Shown piece after piece: positions 58,862 through 64,000 of a stretch of DNA of 64,000 nt. How positions within the stretch are numbered: the stretch's first letter is position 1; the number at the start of each line of letters is the position of its first letter. The notes beneath the pieces were generated by a model that saw only the letters and a program-made list of their open reading frames with translations, was not told where the DNA came from and made no database searches. The translations under genes and the position numbers were made by a program. The stretch is from assembly GCF_036321535.1 (NCBI RefSeq), contig NC_087445.1, forward strand, positions 14,570,001-14,634,000. Direction: 5' to 3'. The stretch is from Camelus dromedarius (lineage: Eukaryota).

Positions 58862-59520
58862 TTGTGGATAACTCTTAAAAATGTTGTGCTGAGTAAAAGA
58901 AACCAGACATAGAACATACATACTGTTTCATCCCACTTATATCAAATTCTAGAACAGCCTAAACCACTCCACAGTATCAGAAAGCTGTTCAGTGGTTGCC
59001 TGGGCCAAGGGGGGGGGGGGGGCGGTCAGGGATTGACTGCAGAGGAGTAAAGAGGGAACCTTCTCAGAGGTGATAGAAATATTCCATATCTTTTTTTTAT
59101 TATTTAGTTTTTTGCCCTGAAGTATAGTTGATTTACAGTGTTGTGTTAGTTTCTGGTGTACAGCATAGTGATTCAATTATACACATTCTTTTTCATTATA
59201 GATACTGAATGAAGTTCCCTATGCTATATAGTAGGACCTTATTGTTTATCTATTTTATATACAGTAGTTTGTATCTGCTTATCCCAAACTCCTAATCTAT
59301 GCCTTCCCCACCCCTTTCCCCTTTGGTAACCGTAAGTGTGTTTTCTGTGTCTATGATTCTTTCTGTTTTATACATTTATTTGTATCAAGAAATGTTCCCT
59401 ATCTTTATTGTGGTGGTTACCTGGGAGCATGTATTTATGAAAACTCTTCAAACTGTGTATTTAAATAGAAGCATTTTCTTAAAAACCAAACACACCTCCA
59501 TAAACTTTGTCTTTAAAATA
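58862..59520 (+). mobile_element. Old L1M (MC/ME-type) 3' end interrupted by a younger L1
   Basis: gtgctgagtaaaagaaaccagac...cagtggttgcctggg...gagggaaccttctcagaggtgatagaaatattcc|...tgtggtggttac...aaaactcttcaaactgtg. Confidence 0.7.
59094..59387 (-). mobile_element. Young L1 3' fragment nested in an old L1M
   Basis: TSD agaaat[a/g]ttcc[a/c]tatcttt at 59075-59093 and 59388-59406. Confidence 0.88.
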
Positions 59521-59949
59521 TGCTTGGTAAAGGCATCCAACATATTTTGCAAACAATTTCATTATTCACAGGAGCAGTGTTTTCACAGGCCTTCTCTGAA
59601 AACTTTTGTCTTCTTGCTGCATGGGTGGTTGAGACAAACTGAAAGGAAAAGTAGCAACTTATCTCTGCATTTTCAGTTGATTGTGATAACAGAAGTAATT
59701 CATGTCCCAGAGATAGGAGGCTCTCCCTCCCCTCTGGCAATCAGTTATGAATGGTTGTAAACCATTCTGCTGTACAACACCTGGGGAGATTTCCGAAAGT
59801 GTCTCAGTTCTCCAGCCCCACCCCAGACCTGGTAAATCACAGTCTCCAAGGGTAGGGCCCAAGCCAAGCAGAGCTCTCCAGATGGCTGTTGTGTGACAGC
59901 GTGGGTGAGCGCCAGTGACTGGAGTTTGGTGTGTCTCCAGTTTTTTTCA

Positions 59950-60115
59950 GCACAAGAACATCTGGGAGCTTGTGGTAGATATAAATGCATGGGTTCTGCT
60001 ACTGGAATTCTGATTCTTTGATTCTGGGATGGGTGGGGCTTACGAATTTGTATTTCTAACAAGCTCCCAGGTAATTCTGATGCAAGTAGTCCAGGTGTCA
60101 CACTTTGAAACTAAT
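59950..60115 (+). mobile_element. MER5A-like
   Basis: gaatttgtatttctaacaagctcccaggtaattctgatgc...cacactttgaaac. Confidence 0.7.
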
Positions 60116-60702
60116 ATTGTATGTTTCCAAATTTCTGGACAGAACTGGAGTTCAACAAGATGCCTGGACTGAAAAGTGGCTCCTTCATCTTGATTTTTTA
60201 GACGGTGTCTAGCCCTACTACTTTGGTTTGTGTAACACATGCTTGCTTCTCTCCACTCCCTCCTTTCCCCCACAATCAACCCTACACCCAGTTCCCTGTC
60301 TAGATCATAATGGTGTTTTTGTCACCCTGGCAGCAGTCATCCCCCTACTCTAGAAGCCCATCCCCCTAGACGGCCCCTCTCCAGCATGGCCCCTCACCCG
60401 TGTCAGAGCCCCATCACACAAACCTCAGTGCTTCTGGGCTCCTGTGCTCCAGGCAAGTGGCTTGGTCCTAGGCCAGCCCTGGTCCTTGACATGAACCCTT
60501 TTCTGCATAGAGATATGAATGGTCTTAATTTTCCCACTGCTAGAATGAGAGGGTTCCGTCCAGATCAGTGGTCCTTAGCAGCAGGTCTTGTGAAAATGCT
60601 GGGGGAAGAAACCAGGGCCCAATCCTGGACCTCCCCTCCTCTTCAACTAGAGCTGCCATCTTTCTGTCATTAATGGCTTTGATGTAAGACTGCATTTAGA
60701 AG

Positions 60703-60772
60703 AAATGAGTTCTGCTGCTAAAATAATTTGTAAACCCAAATGAGTTCTGCTGCTAAAATAATTTGTAAACCC
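60703..60772. repeat. Perfect 35-bp tandem duplication
   Basis: aaatgagttctgctgctaaaataatttgtaaaccc repeated twice with no mismatch. Confidence 0.97.
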
Positions 60773-60875
60773 ACTGGATTGGGGATGGCTTAGATTTCCT
60801 TCCAGTTCTGGCTCATTATGGATCCAGAATGACATAGACTGTCACTGTGTTTCCTTTTACTTGATTTATTTATAA

Positions 60876-61154
60876 TTTGGGGGGGAGGTAATTAGGTTTA
60901 NNNNNNNNNNNNNNNNNNNNNNNNNNNNNNNNNNNNNNNNNNNNNNNNNNNNNNNNNNNNNNNNNNNNNNNNNNNNNNNNNNNNNNNNNNNNNNNNNNNN
61001 NNNNNNNNNNNNNNNNNNNNNNNNNNNNNNNNNNNNNNNNNNNNNNNNNNNNNNNNNNNNNNNNNNNNNNNNNNNNNNNNNNNNNNNNNNNNNTTGAACC
61101 CAGGACCTTGTGCGTGCTTAGCATGCACTCTACCACTGAGCTACACACTCCCCC
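60876..61154 (-). mobile_element. Vic-1-type SINE spanning an N gap
   Basis: Tail (ggggggaggtaattaggttt) lies left of the gap and head (ttgaacccaggacc...taccactgagctacacactcccc) lies right of it. Confidence 0.88.
60901..61094. other. N gap (194 nt)
   Basis: Lies inside the Vic-1 SINE. Confidence 0.98.
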
Positions 61155-61769
61155 TCATTCATTTCTAATCATATAATTATTTTAAAGCTGATTTATGGTA
61201 GCAATTTTTGTCTGTGTCTTACAAAAGTGTTTCAGCATAGAAGAAAGCTGTACATGGCCTGTGATAATACACACCTTTTAAATTTGGTATGTTCAGCCTC
61301 TGAGGATATAATAAAAGGGAACTATTTTGAGTAAAGCTATGGACCAAGTGCTGTAAGGAATATGTTCATTGAATCTGCACACAGTTCTGTGAGATAAACA
61401 CTGTCTTTATCTCCACTTGAGAGAGGAGGAAAGTCGGACAGGGAGGTGACGTGACTTGTCCACACCGGAGTTGAACATTTGCAGTCAGACACAGCCTCTG
61501 CTGAGGAAATCCATCTGAGGTGGATTGCAGCTCGGGGACTCACTAACTCCCATGGGTTCTGATGACCTGCAGCATCTGCACGATTCGCAAGGTTCTATCC
61601 CTCTCTCAACAGCATCCGACCGTGAGGCCACGGTCACATCACATCAGTTCATGCATTGCTGAATGACTCCAATGAGATGACCTGGCTGGTGCCGGGTGCT
61701 GGGTCAGCCAGAGAGACACGCCCCTTGCCTCAGGATGTTTAATGTCTGTAGCTCAGAAGACTCAAGTCA

Positions 61770-61892
61770 GGGAGGGTATAGCCCAGTGGTAGAACATGTG
61801 CTTAGCATGCACGAGGTCCTGGGTTCAATCCTCAGTACCTCCATGAAATAAACAAACAAACAAACCTAATTATCACACCCCCCTCCAAAAAA
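61770..61892 (+). mobile_element. Vic-1-type SINE
   Basis: Full head and tail; TSD agaagac[t/c]caa at 61755-61765 and 61893-61903. Confidence 0.9.
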
Positions 61893-63375
61893 AGAAGACC
61901 CAAACCCAAAGCTCACAGAGGCCAGGCAGGTGACAAACATGAGTTAGCAAGCAGGCAGTGGCAAAAAACCAGCAGTGGGAGCAGCCAATGTGCAACATCA
62001 GCTGATGGTTCCTGTGGGGAAGCAGAGAGCCAGGGTTTCCAAATTAGAACAAATTGGAACGCCACCATTTTCAGTAAACACACAGGATTTTATACAGTGG
62101 CGACTGATTAGAACAGTTCTTGTATTTTATTTATTTTTAAGTCGCCGGGCCTAACGCACTCTTTGTAGGAGTACGGTTTGCCTAGGGGCCATCGTTCAGC
62201 TCGGCACCTTGCCTTACGGAGAGCTAGAGTTCTCCCTTATCTTGAAAGCCCAGCACATCCAAATGTAGGAAGTGAAGCATTGGTGAATGTGTGTGTTTTG
62301 GGGGGGGAGTACAGGGTTTGTCTGAGCCGACAAGACCATTTGATGGGGTGGATGTCCGCATCCCACCAAGCTGCTCCAAGCTCCATGACCGTCGCCGGTC
62401 TGCGGTGACTGCGTTGCTGCAGGCTCTAAGGACACTGAGCACATCTGTTCCTTTGTCACTGGCTTCACTTGACATGACCAATGTCGTCGCCTGTTGGCAT
62501 TTAGACTGTCGACCCCGTCGCTGCCAGGCCCGGGCCGTAAGCACTGTTGTTAGTGTATGTACTTGCTCCAGACAGTAGAGCCTTAGAAACCCCTGCTCTG
62601 CTCGGGGATGGGCAGAAAGTCCCACAGTACTTACAGCACACACTCAAGGGATTTTATCTTACTAATCTTTGAAAAACATTGGCAAGTGGACAGGAGTCAA
62701 GCACAACATTTGCCCACATCTAACATAGGCTGGTTTTCGTTTTATGGCCTCATGATTGAAGAGGAAGACTTTTTATTAAGGTTGGCACTCTGCTCATACC
62801 TAAATTCCGTTTTTATTATAAGGTTTCTATTGTGGTTTGCTCTTTTTTGGAGCTCACTCTCTCCCTGGCGGTTACAATAGCCTTTGTACATACAGAGGAA
62901 TTTTACTAGGTATTCACTGGGTGTGATTTTTTCCTTTGGTATCACTGATGACAGATGTTACAGTTTAAGAGGTTCCCAGACATAGTTGCTCTTTACTTGG
63001 TTTCTGGTGCTGGTGCAAGGGTGCTTGGTATTTTGCATTAGTAGATGGAGATTATTCTACATACAAAAACTCATGTAAACATTTTTATTTTGGATATTGA
63101 AAGCAATAACAGAGGGAATTTAATTAGACAGAAATGTTTTCTTAAAAGCACACCCACGCACCAGTGCACACATGCACAAGTTCCCAAGCACACAAGCAAA
63201 CACACACTAATGACCATTTTTTCCTCATAGAGCGTCAACTCTTTCAAAACCCCTTCCCCCAGGGATTTTTTGTTCTTCATTTTGTTAATGGAATTATATA
63301 TAAAAATCTTCTTCCTTGAAGTTTTTGAAATTGCATTTTCCAAAACTGATACCTCTGGGGTCTTTTTTTGTCATT

Positions 63376-63502
63376 TGTTTAGTTTTATTTTAAATCATGG
63401 TAAAATACACATGATAGAAAGTTTACCACCTTAACTATGTTTAAGTGTACAGTTCACTGGAATTACGTCCACCCGTGTTGTTGTGCAACCATCACCACCA
63501 TC
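63376..63502 (-). mobile_element. L1MA/MB-type 3' end fragment
   Basis: ggtaaaatacacat...tttaccaccttaac...tttaagtgtacagttca...gtgcaaccatcaccaccatc. Confidence 0.75.
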
Positions 63503-64000
63503 CAGACCGCTTCATCTGGATACGTACAGTTTTTAATTTGGGTTTTATTTTATTTTTTTCACATATAAGCCAGGTCTCTAGGATGTGCAGTTGAGGCCAG
63601 AAAAGGGAACACACAGTCTGCAAAGGAAGAAGACATCTGCTTTCATTTCCCTTCACCTGAAGCAGTGCTGCCACCACCTCTCAGTACATGGGATGATGTC
63701 CCTCTTCTACTGAGATCAGTACACACTGTGACAATAGCACATAATGACCGCTATTGCTCAAAAGCCTAAAATCGCAGCTTCATAATAAAATATCACAGAG
63801 CCCTAACAAGTGAACATGGCTTTAGTCCTATAAAGCACATTCCCTTTATGTAAAGTTCATGTTGTCTTCGTAGTTCATTAATTGGGAATCTGAGAATAAG
63901 GAAAAAGGGCCTTGCCTCTTCCCATATGAAAGCCGTCAGACTTTAGTTATCAGAGAGGCAAGCACGTGCAAAGGTTACTCTATTCTTATTTCACATGTGT

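Larger units (their letters stand above)
46713..64000 (+). other. MOB3B: MOB3B downstream intron (intron 3); terminal exon not seen in the window
   Basis: No exon encoding the short KEMTSRMCH-type C-terminus was found on reading; content is repeat-rich. Confidence 0.7.

Noticed and set aside
62700-63070. Possible degraded L1 ORF2 or processed pseudogene
   Set aside because: Similarity is too weak to support without a search.
1-64000. CRISPR arrays, rRNA, snRNA/snoRNA or prokaryotic-type systems
   Set aside because: No regularly spaced repeats or recognisable structured-RNA genes; the sequence is eukaryotic intron.

Overview
This is mammalian genomic DNA, very probably from a camelid (camel, alpaca or llama), judged by repeated tRNA-Ala-derived Vic-1-type SINEs. 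The only protein-coding sequence I can support is one 203-bp internal exon of MOB3B (MOB kinase activator 3B, + strand, 46510-46712, canonical AG/GT). It corresponds to human coding exon 3, so the rest of the window is inferred to be MOB3B introns 2 and 3. The introns hold old eutherian repeats (MIR, L2, L1M, hAT and Tigger MITEs, solo LTRs) overlaid by younger L1 3' fragments and Vic-1 SINEs, many with readable target-site duplications (TSDs). There are also microsatellites, one perfect 35-bp tandem duplication and five N gaps. Repeat family names come from my recall of consensus sequences, not from a search, and many boundaries are approximate. All other ORFs in the track look like chance, antisense-shadow or repeat-derived ORFs. 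I did not find a convincing new biological system. The most interesting signals are retrotransposition footprints (a 39-bp L1 micro-insertion, nested insertions, a gap that may hide a young SINE), three close inverted SINE pairs, and a few candidate intronic regulatory elements.
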